A stretch of DNA of 64,000 bases from Rhizophagus irregularis. Lineage: Eukaryota. The notes beneath the pieces were generated by a model. The model saw only the letters and a program-made list of their open reading frames with translations. It did not search any database and was not told the origin of the DNA. The stretch spans positions 5,642,001 to 5,706,000 of the forward strand of contig NC_089431.1 in the NCBI RefSeq assembly GCF_026210795.1. Direction: 5' to 3'. Shown piece after piece: positions 1 through 14,672 of this stretch (position 1 is its first letter; the number at the start of each line of letters is the position of its first letter). Position numbers and translations under genes: made by a program.

Positions 1-1402
1 TGACCGAGCAATTATAATTAATAATAAAATACTGTTACAGGTATTCTTGGATTTTCGTGATTAAAATATACGAAAATATTCAATGATTTAATCTTGGAAT
101 TATTTTGTGGATAATTTCTTCGTGTCGACTTCCTATTTATGAGATGTAAATTATCTTTAGATATTTTTGATAAGGAATTGCGTCCTCCAAACATTATTGA
201 AAGAATCACGAAATGTTGTGATTGTGATAAATTGGCGATAAAGAAGTTGAAGCAGACAAGACGGTGATTTAATGAAGGCACTGTCATTCGCATTAATTAC
301 AACGCCTCAAATTGATTAATTATCGTTCATGATATTATATCAATTTATTGTTGGTGATGAACTCTGTTCAATGGACTTTTCCGGACTTTTCTACCATAAT
401 CTAAGATCTAAGGGAAGAGAAAGGGATCAAAATGTTAAAAATGTTCAATTTGGTAAAAGTGTTGATCATCTTTATATATTTAACATCCATCTGTTACTTT
501 TTCGTCTCATCTCAGAAATATTATTTTATATTTCATTGGCGTGTTATGATATGCCAATTTTTGGTATGAATTTACCTAATGTAACGAAGAACTTTCGAAA
601 GAATCAGAATTTTAATTTACATATCAGAGAATTTTAAATCGGGTATAGATTGTAAGATTGTAAGATTGTAAGTATTTATTATGACCAAATTTTTTTTTGA
701 ATTAATTTTTTTTTTCAATTAAAGACCATTTATTTTTTTTTTACATCATAATCATAATCACTAGATGTATGGGAATCTGAGTTTTTTAAATCAGGATGAA
801 TAATACATAACATCTACCGTTATGGTTAAGGATATCTTGTGTCGATGAAATTTTTAGCAATTTTCGTAACGTAAGCGTATTTTAATTGTTTTTAAATTCA
901 AATTCTTCTGATGTAACTATATTTGATGTACTATATAATAATAACATTGAATTTTAATAAATTTTTTAAATAAAATTCTTTATAAATTTATTTATATCAG
1001 AATCAATTTGATTCAAATAACTTGATCATAATTTAAAATGTTTGCCCATTATTTATAACAAAAGAAATTTATTTCATCCTATCATTATCATTATAATTTT
1101 AATAATTGTAATTCATTATTATAAAAAGACGTTATTGTGTTTATCAATCAACATTTTTATTCCTTAATTTCATACAATTACTGCGTGGTTATTGAACCAC
1201 ATGTGACAAAAAAAATTTCGATGATCTATTAAACTAAATCGGGAAACAAAAGATACAAAAGTAAAGTTATTATCGTACAAGTATGTGAAAAAAAAAAAAT
1301 TTTTTTTTTTTATAAATACGTGTTATCTCAATTTTTTTTTGTTCTTAACGTTCTCAACAACAAAAAAAAAATAAAATTTTTTTCTAATATATACAAAAAA
1401 AA

Positions 1403-3079
1403 ATGCAATCATTAGATCATCGAGAAAATGGGAATGAAGCAATTAAAAGAGGAGATTATATTTCAGCATGGGAACATTATACTGAAGGACTTAAATTAAC
1501 ACCAAAAGATCCTTACCTTTGGTGTAATAGAGCTTTCGCATGTCTTAAAGCCGGATATCCTGAATTAGCATTACATGATTCAGCAAATTCAGAAAATATT
1601 TTAACAGAATATCCAGAACAAGATTTTAAAGATAATATTGATTTATTTAAATTAAAACTTAAAGGAAAATATCGTATAGGAGAAGCATATGGTGTTTTAG
1701 GATTACCTAAACATGCAGCATTTGAATATAAAGCTTGTATGGATTTAGCTAAAAAAGAAGATCCATCAATGAAATCTTATACTAAAAATGATTTTAATAT
1801 TTGGGAAAAGAAGAAAGAGGATTATTATAAGACTTCATTATTACATGATCAATTTATACAAACTTGTCAAATAACTGAAGCGAAAAAGAGGCATGGATTT
1901 TATAAATTTGAAGGAAAATATCCTTGGGATAAAAGAAATGAAGAACGAACATCTGAAAAAATGATAGAAAAACTTCAACAAAAACTTGATTCTGCTAGTA
2001 ATTTTTTACTTAGGATATCCAAAATTCGTTTTAATGATTCTGATTCAGAACAATTAGGATTGGTAGTAAAGACAACAATTAATAAATCTCGTCTAACACT
2101 TCAAGAAGATCCTTTTTTAACGGCTCATAATTATTATGTATTTCGATGTGATTATTGTTTTCAAGAATTAAATGAACCAGGATCTACACCTTACGAATCA
2201 CTTAATTTATATGAAAAACCAAAGAAAGTGGATCCTTATTATTGTCCAAAAAGATCTTGTGAGGAAGTTTTTTGTAGTGAAAGATGTTATAATTTATCAT
2301 TAAATTTATATCATAAATCTCTTTGTGGAAAGGATAAAGAAATTAAAGAAATTGTTGATATTATTAATTCCGACAATATCGGAGTTTTACATCATTTAAT
2401 GTTAACGGTTAGAATTTTCGCGGTAGCAAAAATTCGAGATATTTGTCCATTAGATGTTGAAGAAATTAAACATTTATGTAGATTTACACCAGTATCAACA
2501 CCATTTAGAGGAAAGATGATTTATGATCCATCATTTTATGAAATTTATTTGAATATTTTACGTATAATAGAAGTTTCTAGATTTGATTTACGATATGATT
2601 ATTGGATTTTTATTACAGTAATTAATATGGTATTACCGAATTCATTTCCTGGACCTGGAGATTCAGATGTGATAGATACATTAGCACTTTATCCATTATC
2701 ATCATTAGTTAATCATTGTTGTATACCAAGTTTCTTTGATGCACAATATTTATCACAAGATTATGATTCAAGTCCTGGACCAATTCGTGATAATATAAGA
2801 ATGAGATGTAAAATTGATGATGTTGATAATTTATTTCATCCAGCAAGAATATTTTTTGTTCCTTCAAGAGAAATTGAAGAAGGTGAACAAGTTCTTAAAA
2901 GTTATTGTGATCCTAGACAACGTATAATCGAAAGACATAATGGATTAGTTACTACTTTTGGTTTTATATGTAAATGTGAAAGATGTGTATATGAAAATGG
3001 TGAAGCTAATCAAGAACCGGTTAATTGGCATTTTCATTTTCCGGTAATTCCTGATTGGGTTAAAAAATATGATAATTAA
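1403..3079 (+). CDS. TPR + split SET/MYND zinc-finger protein (SMYD-like lysine methyltransferase)
   Basis: 558-aa single-exon ORF. N-terminal TPR (GNEAIKRGDYISAWEHYTEGL..P...LWCNRAFACLK), MYND-like CDYC..CPKRSC...FCSERC......HKSLC, SET motifs LVNHCC.P and REIEEGEQVLKSY, post-SET FGFICKCERC. Confidence 0.85.
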   Translation: MQSLDHRENGNEAIKRGDYISAWEHYTEGLKLTPKDPYLWCNRAFACLKAGYPELALHDSANSENILTEYPEQDFKDNIDLFKLKLKGKYRIGEAYGVLGLPKHAAFEYKACMDLAKKEDPSMKSYTKNDFNIWEKKKEDYYKTSLLHDQFIQTCQITEAKKRHGFYKFEGKYPWDKRNEERTSEKMIEKLQQKLDSASNFLLRISKIRFNDSDSEQLGLVVKTTINKSRLTLQEDPFLTAHNYYVFRCDYCFQELNEPGSTPYESLNLYEKPKKVDPYYCPKRSCEEVFCSERCYNLSLNLYHKSLCGKDKEIKEIVDIINSDNIGVLHHLMLTVRIFAVAKIRDICPLDVEEIKHLCRFTPVSTPFRGKMIYDPSFYEIYLNILRIIEVSRFDLRYDYWIFITVINMVLPNSFPGPGDSDVIDTLALYPLSSLVNHCCIPSFFDAQYLSQDYDSSPGPIRDNIRMRCKIDDVDNLFHPARIFFVPSREIEEGEQVLKSYCDPRQRIIERHNGLVTTFGFICKCERCVYENGEANQEPVNWHFHFPVIPDWVKKYDN

Positions 3080-5480
3080 ATATATTATTTTTTGATATGT
3101 ATTGTTGGTACAGTATATCGAATTTATCGATGATATTATTTTTTTATTATTGTTTTTATTTTTTATGGATTAATTAATTAATTATAAATAAATTTATAAG
3201 ATTTTGAAAAAAAAAAATTTCTTTTTTTCATTTATTATTTAAATTGAGAGGGACGTTAATTATATAATATACATGTACTGTACTGTATATACTGTATGCG
3301 TGATTGAGGATTCACTTACTAAATTAAATTTCTATCATTAGAGTTTATTTGAATCGAACTTTGATGGTGGTTTTTAAGATGAATTTCTGGCGAATTATAT
3401 CAAGGACCAAATGTTTAGTCAAAATAAATTGAAATACATCTTGATCAAAATTAACCGTAACCTGTAGACGATCCAACGGATATGAAAGCTTACGCTACAT
3501 TTCTTAAATCATAACGTACATCAAAGGTTATTTAAAAAATTAATTTAATTAATTTTACGAATAAAATTTTTTACGACCTCCAATCGGTAACAAGCAATTG
3601 ATTAAATAAAATCTGTAGCTAGTTAATTCCAAATTTACTTTCCTATCAAGTCAATGTACTAGTAATTATGAAATTCTCCTTCCTTAGACCGTGCTTTAAC
3701 GAAGATTTATTAAAGAAAAAGGACATAAATAAGTTTTATAACGTAAAATTATTGCGGATGATGACTGATTCTTACAATATCTCGCAAAATTTATTAAGAT
3801 TAACGTAACGTTAATAATAATAGTGTATATTCTAATTTCTAATCTCTTTCTTAACACTTTTACTAAATAAACGAGTAATTGTAAACTAAATTGGATTTTT
3901 AAAAAATTTTAGTATGACGAAATTTTTTTTCTATTTAAATTTATTACCTTTGTAATAATTTGTTAAATACTTTCATATTTATATAAGTTCTTTCTTTTGC
4001 AAGGGCTAATTGCGCGACGCACGGCTGAATTCACGTTTACATATTTTAAAAGATTCACAATTAATTTAATTAATTTTCTATTGGATCAGGTCAAGCCAAA
4101 TTCGGATCGGAAATTCAAGTATATTCTCATATTGATAAATATCTAAACTATATATTGATTTAATTTTATATGATTCAAATGTTATAGCTTCAGTTTCAAA
4201 TTCTATATTAATAAAATTATTTTGCTATTTTAAACTTATGATGTTTATTTTATATTAAAACGCGTGCTTGTCAATTGTTGTATAATTTTAATTTTATTTC
4301 TAATTTTAATTTTAGATTCAAATGTCGGAATCAGATAATACTGTATGTCTGTATCTATTGTAGTATGTATTGTATTATATATACATCATGAAAGATCTTA
4401 AATCATAGAATGTTATTCATAAAGTAAATTAAACAAAATTACAAGTCGGTTATCCGAAAATCATGATAGAAAATCATGTCAAATAATGTATAGCAATAAC
4501 ATTCCCCACCTTCGCAAATTTTATATTAATAATTTAATTTTACTTTTTTTTTTTTTAATAATTAAAAACTTTTAAATTTTAATCCGTTATAATTCATCTA
4601 AATAAAAGAATTTTTTAATACTTTCGAAATTAATTTATTTGACTTTTTTTTTAAAAAAAAATATTATCTCCTTTTTGGCATACCAAAAATGGAATAGTTA
4701 TTTCTTATTTCTGAAAATTTACTTTATCAGTTATAAAATAAAAAATTTTTATTTTTTATATTGATCTGATCAAATATTATCATAACTTTATACAGCAACT
4801 GTACATCAAGTAGTTTGATACTAGATTGATAAATTTTACGAAACCCTCCACATTTCTCAATCTAATTAAATTCTATCATTACTATTGGAATTAATAAACT
4901 AAACGAATACAAATATTATAGTATTATAATATTGTACAATTTATTTTAATTAATTTGGCCATTAATTATTAAAAGAGTTTCGCGATATATTTATTTATCT
5001 TCTGCTAGAATAAAAAAAATATGCCGTTCGACTCAACAATGATAAAATATGAAAATTAAATAATAAAAATATTTATTCGATATAAAATCTATGATAGTTC
5101 ACGTGAAATAATTCTCTACGCATTCTTATTCTTATTACAATTACTATCAATTCATTATAGCCTTATTGCCTTATTGGTAGGGTTATCATTAAATTATTAA
5201 TAAACAACGAAATTTGATATGATATATTATAAAGCTTACAAATAGATTAATAAGCTTTATTCAGTTTTGTATAGGCAATAAAATTAATAAGCGTATAATT
5301 TTTAGCCTCCTGCACTTTCACATGATAAAAGTTGTATATCCGTCCATCCGGAATCGGAAGTAATTTTTCCGTTTCATCTGTTGTCGATCCATTCGGTCAG
5401 TTATAAAATAGCGATCAAACAAAAAAATATAATTTTATTGATCAACATCTTTAAAAAATTCAAATTTTTTTTTAAAAAAC

Positions 5481-6818
<1,338 letters not shown>

Positions 6819-9523
6819 AATTTTATTTTAGTAAAGCTGATTAATTTAATAGATATATAAATGTTTATAAATTTGGAAAAATATTTAATATTTTTACTTT
6901 AATAAATAAATATAACTTGGCGTGAAACTTGAACTTTTTGATGAGGTATACATATGTATACGTATTTTTTACAATTGCTATAACAATAAAGAATAATTGT
7001 ATTATAAAAATGGTAAAATAAGATGTTACTTAATGAAAATTCTTTTCCTGATTTTTTCTTACAACGAAACAAACTCATACAGTTAATATCATTTCTATAC
7101 TAGTTTTACTCTTGAGTAATCATGGCGCGGTGTTAAATAAATTTATATTATTGACAAGCAATCACCCATTATTGTACTATTTGTAAAATTTGGTTTCCAT
7201 GTCAAACGTTAAATGAATGAAATTTTTCAAAAGTCGACATCGAAAACGTTTATTATAGAAAAATAAATAGTAAAATTATTCAAGAAATTTGAATAAAATT
7301 AGTTTATTAATCATTTAATAGCAGAAATTAACTAATATTTAAACCATACGGTATACACATGAAAAGATTACTATAACTTATTTTCATATTCTTCATATAA
7401 TTTAAATGCTTTAATTTTATCTTTTTCAGTTCCTATTCCATTTTCATAACAATATCCAAGATCATATAATGAGTAAATATGGCCTCTTTCTACTAATTCC
7501 TTGTATAATGCAAATGCCTTAATTTCATCTTTATTGGTTCCTATTCCATATTGATAACATTCTCCAAGATTATTCATTGAAGTAATATGACCATTTTCAG
7601 CTGCTTTTTTATATAATTTAAATGCTTCAATTTCATCTTTTTCAGTTCCTATTCCATGTTGGTAGCAATAACCAAAATCATTCATTGAATCAAAATATCC
7701 TTTCTCAGCTGCTTCTTTATATAATTCAAATGCTTTGATTTCATCCTTCTTGGTTCCAATTCCATAAAAATAGTGTTCACCAAGTTGATATATTGACTGA
7801 ATAATACCTTTTTCAGCTGCTTCTTTATATAATTCAAATGCTTTAATTTCATCCTTCTTGGTTCCAATTCCATAAAAATAGTGTTCGCCAAGTTGATATA
7901 TTGACTGAACAATACCTTTTTCAGCTGCTTCTTTGTATAATTCAAATGCTTTGATTTCGTCTTTTTCAGTTCCTATTCCATTTCTATAACAATAGCTAAG
8001 ATTTAGTATTGCATCAATTTCATCCTTTTCAGCAGCTTCTTTGTATAATTCAAATGCTCTAGTTTCATTTTTTTCAGTTCCTATTCCATTTCTATAACAA
8101 TATCCGAGATTATTCATTGCTATAGTGTTGCCTTTTTCAGCTGTTTCCTTATATAACTCAAATGCTTTAACTTCATCTTTTTCAGTTCCTATTCCATTAA
8201 AATAGCATTTTCCAAGATTTAATAATGCAAGTATATCACCTTTTTTAGCTGCTTCCTTGTATAATTCAAATGCTTTAATTTTATCTTTTTCAGTTCCTAT
8301 TCCATTTTGATAACAATATCCAAGATTATTTATTGCTATAGTGTTGCCTTTTTCAGCTGCCTCTTTGTATAGTTCAAATGCTTTAGTTTCATTTTTTTTA
8401 ATTCCTATTCCATAAAAATAATGTTGTCCAAGTTGATAAATTGCATTAATATTACCTTTTTCAGCTGCTTCTTTGTATAATTTAAATGCTTTAGTTTCAT
8501 CTTTTTCAGTTCATATTCCATTAAAATAACAATTTCCAAGATTATTTATTGCTATAATATCACCTTGTTCAGCTGCTTCTTTGTATAATTCAAATATTTT
8601 AATTTCCATTTTTTCAGTTTCTGTTCTGTTTTGATAACAATATCCAAGATTATTTATTGCTATAATATCACCTTTTTCAGCTGCTTCTTTGTATAATTCA
8701 AATGCTTTAGTCTCATCTTTTTCAGTTCCTGTTCCATTAAAATAACAATTTCCAAGATTATTTATTGATTTAGTATTGCCTTTTTCAGCTGCTTCTTTGT
8801 ATAACTCAAATGCTTTGGTTTCATCCTTTTCAGTTCCTATTCCATAAAAATAACAATATCCAAGATCATTTATTGCTTTAATATTACCTTTTTCAGCTGC
8901 TTCTTTGTATAATTCAAATGTTTTAGATTCATTTTTTTCAGTTTCTATTCCATTTTGATAACAATACCCAAGATTATTTATTGTTCCATTAAAATAACAA
9001 TTTCCAAGATTATTTATTGCTATAATATCACCTTTTTCAGCTGCTTCTTTGTATAATTCAAATGCTTTGATTTCGTCTTTTTCAGTTCCTATTCCATTTC
9101 TATAACAATAGCTAAGATTTAGTATTGCATCAATTTCATCCTTTTCAGCAGCTTCTTTGTATAATTCAAATGCTCTAGTTTTATTTTTTTCAGTTCCTAT
9201 TCCATTTCTATAACAATATCCGAGATTATTCATTGCTGGAGTACTGCCCTTTTCAGCTGCTTCTTTGTATAATTCAAATGCTTTAGTTTCATCTTTTTCA
9301 GTTCCTATTCCATCAAAATAACAATCTCCAAGATCATTTATTGCTTTAATATTACCTTTTTCAGCTGCTTCTTTGTATAATTTAAATGCTTTAGTATCAT
9401 TCTTTTCGGTTCCTATTCCATTTCTATAACAATCTCCAAGATTATTCATTGCACTAGTACTGCCTTTTTCTGCTGCTTCTTTGTATAATTCAAATGCTTT
9501 AGTTTCGTCTTTTTCAGTTCCTA

Positions 9524-11730
9524 CCCTATGAAAACACAATTTCCATAAAATGTATGTAAAAAAATGTTATTTGACCATTATTATTCGAAAAATCATTATT
9601 TGTTTATAATTTAAACATAATTTTATTTGATATAATATTAAATATTCGTAAGTTGTATTGTAAACATAAACAAGCATTAACTTAACGTACAAATGATGTT
9701 CAAATAACATGTTTAAACATGCAATCATTACATAATAAGGTCAATTTCGTATAGTAAATTCCTATTGTAAAATTTATGACTTTTATTATTTCTTTTTATA
9801 TTGTCATTTTTTGACAGGTTTGCTTGATTATTATCTTTTCCAACATTTGTCTTTTTACATGATGATCTACGAAGTACAAAAATTTCGGTCATATGACTTT
9901 GGCTTCGAAGTATAGGCAATGATTATCACGTGTATATGTGATAATCTTTTTTAAACTTTTTTTTATTTAATTGATACGGGTTTTAGATAAAGTTTCATTT
10001 CGGCTTCGAAACTTTAAAAAAATGTTTTTAAAGCTTTCGCTTTGAAACTTCTATATTAAAAAAGAAATATTTTTTATTTTTTATTTTTTTTTCCTTTTAT
10101 TTGTTTCAGCTTCAGTTCTTGGTGTTAGATAGGTGAGTTCCGAATAACACTTAATTGGAAACTTTGTAATTTTTTTTAAAAAAAAATAATTTTAGTTTTT
10201 TTTCTATTTCGTAAGTCGTAAGTTTCGGCTTTGGTTCTTAGACTTTGGATAGGTGAGTTTCGAAGATTTTGCTCAAAACTTTTTTATTAAAAAAAAAGTT
10301 ATTTTTTTTTCTTTTTTTATTTTGTAGGTTTTAGCAGTTCTTGGGTGTTGGATAGGTGAGTTTCATTTCGAATAACACTTCGAAACATTTTTTTTTTTAA
10401 AAAAAATAATTTAATTAATTAATTTTTTTTTCTATTTTGTAGGTTTCATCTCTGGTTCTTGGACATTGGATAGGTGAGTTTCGTTTTGAATAACACTCAA
10501 AATTATTTTTTTTAAAAAAAATAATTTAATTAATCTTTTTTTCTATTTTTGTAGGTTTGGCTCCAGTTTTTGGTGTTAGATAGGTGAGTTTCGAATGATT
10601 TTTTTTTATTTTGTAGGGTTTCGCTTCGGTTCTTTGGTATTGGATAGGTGAATTTCATTTCGAACAACACTTTGAAACTTTATTTTTTTTTTAAAAAAAA
10701 ATAATTTAATTTATCAATTTTTTTCTATTTTGTAGGTTTTAGCTCTGGTTCTTGGGCATTGGATAGGTGAGTTTTGTTTCAAATAACACTTCGAAACTAT
10801 TTTTTTTTTAAAAAAAATAATTTAATTAATTAATCTTTTTTTCTTTTTTTCTATTTTGTAGGTTTTGACTCCAGTTCTTGGTGTTAGATAGGTGAGTTTC
10901 GAATGATTTTTTTTTTATTTTGTAGGTTTTCGCTTCGGTTCTTTGGTATTGGATAGGTGAATTTCATTTCGAACAACACTTTGAAACTTTATTTTTTTTT
11001 TAAAAAAAAATAATTTAATTTATCAATTTTTTTCTATTTTGTAGGTTTTAGCTCTGGTTCTTGGGCATTGGATAGGTGAGTTTCGTTTCAAATAACACTT
11101 CGAAACTATTTTTTTTTTAAAAAAAATAATTTAATTAATTAATCTTTTTTTCTTTTTTTCTATTTTGTAGGTTTTGACTCCAGTTCTTGGTGTTAGATAG
11201 GTGAGTTTCGAATAACACTTTGAAACTTTATTATTTTTAAAAAAAAAATTTAATAAATTTTTTTTTTCTATTTTGTAGATTTTGCTTCAGTTCTTGGGTG
11301 TTGGATAGGTGAGTTTCGTTTTGAACAACACTTCGAAACTATTTTTTTTAAAAAAAATTTAATTTATTAATTTTTTTATGGACAGGTTGAATATCATCTT
11401 GCTTACGAACTTGATAAAGTAACTTATATGTTGGGAGTGCATGATGCATTTGCTATAGACCATTGTGTAGATTAAAACGTGATAGATAAGGATGTAGATT
11501 ATACGGATGATGAATAATAGAATGGGTTATATATATACTACTAGTGAATAGTACATTTAATAAGCAAATAATTTACATTTAAATTACAAACATAAAACGG
11601 ATGGGCCCATTTTTCCGTATATTTAACATTTAAAATACATATATAAAATGGTTAATTACTAGACATCTATATAACCGTTATTTATCAATTATTTACTATT
11701 ACATTTTACGGACAATTAATTTTTATAGGG
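9524..11730. mobile_element. Non-autonomous CCC-terminated TIR element (CACTA/CMC-like) with 3-bp TSD CTA
   Basis: Left end CCCTATGAAAA, right end TTTTATAGGG, ~30-bp imperfect TIR. CTA at 9521-9523 and 11731-11733. It splits the Sel1 codons YGI|GTEK. Confidence 0.85.
10095..11385 (+). repeat. Tandem array of 12 microexon-like units (ttttgtag | ~30 nt ..GGATAG | GTGAGT)
   Basis: GTGA(G/A)T donors at 10133, 10253, 10356, 10474, 10584, 10648, 10767, 10892, 10957, 11076, 11201 and 11309. Higher-order period of ~309 bp. Confidence 0.9.
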
Positions 11731-14036
11731 CTATCCCATAAAAATAATGTCGTCCGAGTTGATAAATTGCATCAATATTACCTTTTTCAGCTGCTTCTTT
11801 GTATAATTCAAATGCTTTAGTTTCATTCTTTTCAGTTCCTATTCCATCAAAATAACAATTTCCAAGATTATTTATTGCTTCAATAACACCTTTTTCAGCT
11901 GCTTCTTTGTATAATTCAAATGCTTTGGTTTCATCCTTTTCAGTTCCTATTCCATAAAAATAATGTTGTCCGAGTTGATAAATTGCATTAATATTACCTT
12001 TTTCAGCTGCTTCTTTGTATAATTCAAATGCTTTGGTTTCATCTTTTTCAGTTCCTGTTTCATCTTGGAAATAGTTTTCAAGAGTATCTATTGCAATAAT
12101 ACCACTTTTTTCTGATGCCACTTCGTGTGATTCAAATGCTTTAATTTCATTTGTATTCAAATTGATTGATTTAAGGTCAGAAAATACTTTTTGCATATCT
12201 GGTCTATCATCTGGATTATTTTGCCAACATTCTAAAATATATTGGAATTAAAATTAAATTAGTTTTATACTAATAAACTAAATGCAAGATACTGAAACTA
12301 ATAGCTATATATACCTTTATAAATATTAAGATAATCAATTGGTGTATTAGGAATTGGTGATTCTCTTTTTCCATTTGAAATTTCCAGCATTAATTTAAGC
12401 CTAAGATAAAATTTATCATAAGATTTAAATGGTTTTTCTCCAGATGATATCTCCCATAGAAGTACTCCAACACTATACACGTCTGATTTTTTATTAGGTC
12501 TATAATGATAACTATAATTATCATTATTTGTCTGCTCTTGAAAATGTTGTGGGTCAATATAAGGAACTATTCCAAAAATATCTTTTTGAGTTGATACTTC
12601 AGCCAATCTACGTGAAAGTCCAAAGTCCGCTAATTTTATTGTATTCTGATGAATAAGTATATTATCTGAATGCTATTTATAGAGTAAACCAAATTAATAT
12701 ATGTTTAAATAAAAAAATCAAAGTTAACAAAATACATACTAGATCACAATGAATAATGTCATATTGATGTATACATGATACTGCATCAGCAATTTGAATA
12801 GCAAACTGCAATTTCATATTCCAACCTAATTTAACAAAATTATCTTTTAAATAATTTCCCAATGTCCCACTATCCGCAAATTCAAGAATAAGTAAATAAT
12901 TTGAATCTATATTATCTTCATTATCTAAATTAAAAAATAAGAGGTAAATTAGTAGTTTATCAATAAATTTGATTTTTTATTAAACAAAGATCAGCATCAT
13001 TAATACCTACTTTTTCTTTCGGTAATACCAAAGAATTTAATAATGTTTGTGTGAAAACTAACTCTATGTAATAATTTTATCTATGCATCAAAAAAATTTT
13101 TATTTAGCTAAATATCAAGAGTTGACAATATTTAAATAAAATGTTATGTACCTCATTAATAATTTCTTTCATAATAAGACTATTATTACTGAAAGATTTT
13201 AATGCAACAATAGTATTTGAATCTCCCCAAGTAGCTTGACGTACGTTGCTAAATGCCCCACAACCTATAACTTTAGTATTTTTAAATTCAGTATAATCGT
13301 AGTAGTTAATGTAGCCACCGGAAACTCCATCCTTAAACCATTGAATCTGATTGTCTAGATTATTATTAGAACTGCTTGTCATATTTTACAAAGGATATTT
13401 AAATATAACAAACAACAAATATCCGAACGAGTATTCATTTATATATTACTTAATTTGCAGATCAAGTGATCGACCTTTGAGGTGAACTATAAAATTGCAT
13501 TTACTAAAATAAATGACATAAACTACTCTAAATAAAACAAAATAAAATAAAATGATGTTATTCAAGTAGGTTATAGAGCTTCGATTAAAATATTGTTTAG
13601 AAACTTCATAAACTCTATAATAACGATAATTCTTCCATGGGAAAACAAAGCGAGGATCGCTCAGGAATATGACGTCGGGTTTTGCAAAAAAGGAAGCAGA
13701 AAAGTTGATCAAACTTAATTAAAGTTTAAGAAGACAAATAAGGAAAGAAAGGGGTACAAAGAAAAAAATATCACGAGCGCGGAAAAAAAATTAGCGATAC
13801 CGGGAAATTCGGAAAAAAATAAAAATTAATAATGATCAATGGATTTAGTGAAACAACACGGGACATAATCTTTTGATATACCAGCAAGTGATTGATGCTA
13901 TAAATTATAAAAAAGATAGGTCTAGTAGAACGTTTACGTATCAAGCAATCATCAGAAGAAAATATCAGTCCGTTAGGTTAACATCAATCTAAATAATTAT
14001 CATGAAGGACGTTTTTTGAATATAAAGAATTGCAAG

Positions 14037-14196
14037 CCCAGTAAATAGTTTTTGTATAAATTTGTACCAAATGGGCTCATCCATATATAATTGGCGCTAG
14101 ATTGGCTTAAATTTGGATTATTTTTTGCATAAATTTGAGCTAATTTCGAGCCAATGAGCCCGTTTGGCATAAATTTATACAAAACTATTTACTGGG
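14037..14196. mobile_element. Foldback MITE with CCCAGTAAATAG TIR
   Basis: CCCAGTAAATAGTTTTTGTATAAATTTGTACCAAATGGGCTCA pairs with TGAGCCCGTTTGGCATAAATTTATACAAAACTATTTACTGGG. No clean TSD. Confidence 0.7.
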
Positions 14197-14418
14197 TACG
14201 TTTATTATGTAATCAATTATAAATTGATTCAAGGTAGATGCCTCGCAAGAGAAATAGGGTTAAAAGGGATTAAAGAAAAATGCCAGTGAAAAACCAATAA
14301 AATTTTAAAGTCAGGCATCTTAAATGACGTACAGGAAAATAGTGAGGTTTGGTAAACAAAGGGTTTTCTTGGACGAACATTCAATAGGAACAGTAGATGA
14401 TGGAAAAATGAACAGATA

Positions 14419-14672
14419 CCCTATAAAAAAGGAATGTTTAGAATATATACGTAAAATATACAATATACATAAAATGTCTATAGAATGTCCATAAAATATA
14501 TAAAAAATATACAAAATGGGCTCACTGTATATAAAATGTACAAAAAAGTATATGAGTCCGTCCCCTTTGCATATATCCTATGTATTCTATGGACATTCTA
14601 TAGACATTTTATGTATAATGTACATTTTATGTTTATTTTATGTATGTTTTCTGAACATTCCTTTTTATAGGG
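14419..14672. mobile_element. CCCTATA-terminated MITE with 3-bp TSD ATA
   Basis: CCCTATAAAAAAGGAATGTT ... AACATTCCTTTTTATAGGG with long internal inverted arms. ATA at 14416-14418 and 14673-14675. Confidence 0.85.

Larger units (their letters stand above)
7371..13382 (-). pseudogene. Kinase-Sel1 repeat gene, copy 1 (TKL-like kinase + ~24 Sel1 repeats), disrupted
   Basis: Exons 13382-13152, 13080-13011, 12924-12740, 12672-12315 and 12231 onward give GCGAFS, VALK, HCDLHSDN, DFG, SDVYS.G. The Sel1 array is interrupted by an insertion at 9524-11730; removing it restores the frame. A GGA>TGA stop lies at 8511-8513. Confidence 0.88.

Noticed and set aside
18..637. Two short ORFs, with a faint kinase C-lobe-like trace on + near 150-220
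   Set aside because: No convincing motifs; too decayed to call.
7682..7945. Alternate-frame ORF in the Sel1 array
   Set aside because: Shadow frame of the repeats.
8511..8513. In-frame TGA as selenocysteine or readthrough
   Set aside because: It replaces a Gly (GGA) conserved in the other repeats and lies downstream of a disrupting insertion, so a nonsense mutation is simpler.
10095..11340. CRISPR-like appearance of ~30-nt repeats with spacers
   Set aside because: The spacers are similar to each other and AT-run rich, the repeats vary, no cas genes are present and the context is eukaryotic.
11386..11475. Terminal exon-like ORF VEYHLAYELDK... after the microexon array
   Set aside because: Reaching this frame by splicing puts the preceding TAG in frame. 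It is short and has no recognisable domain.
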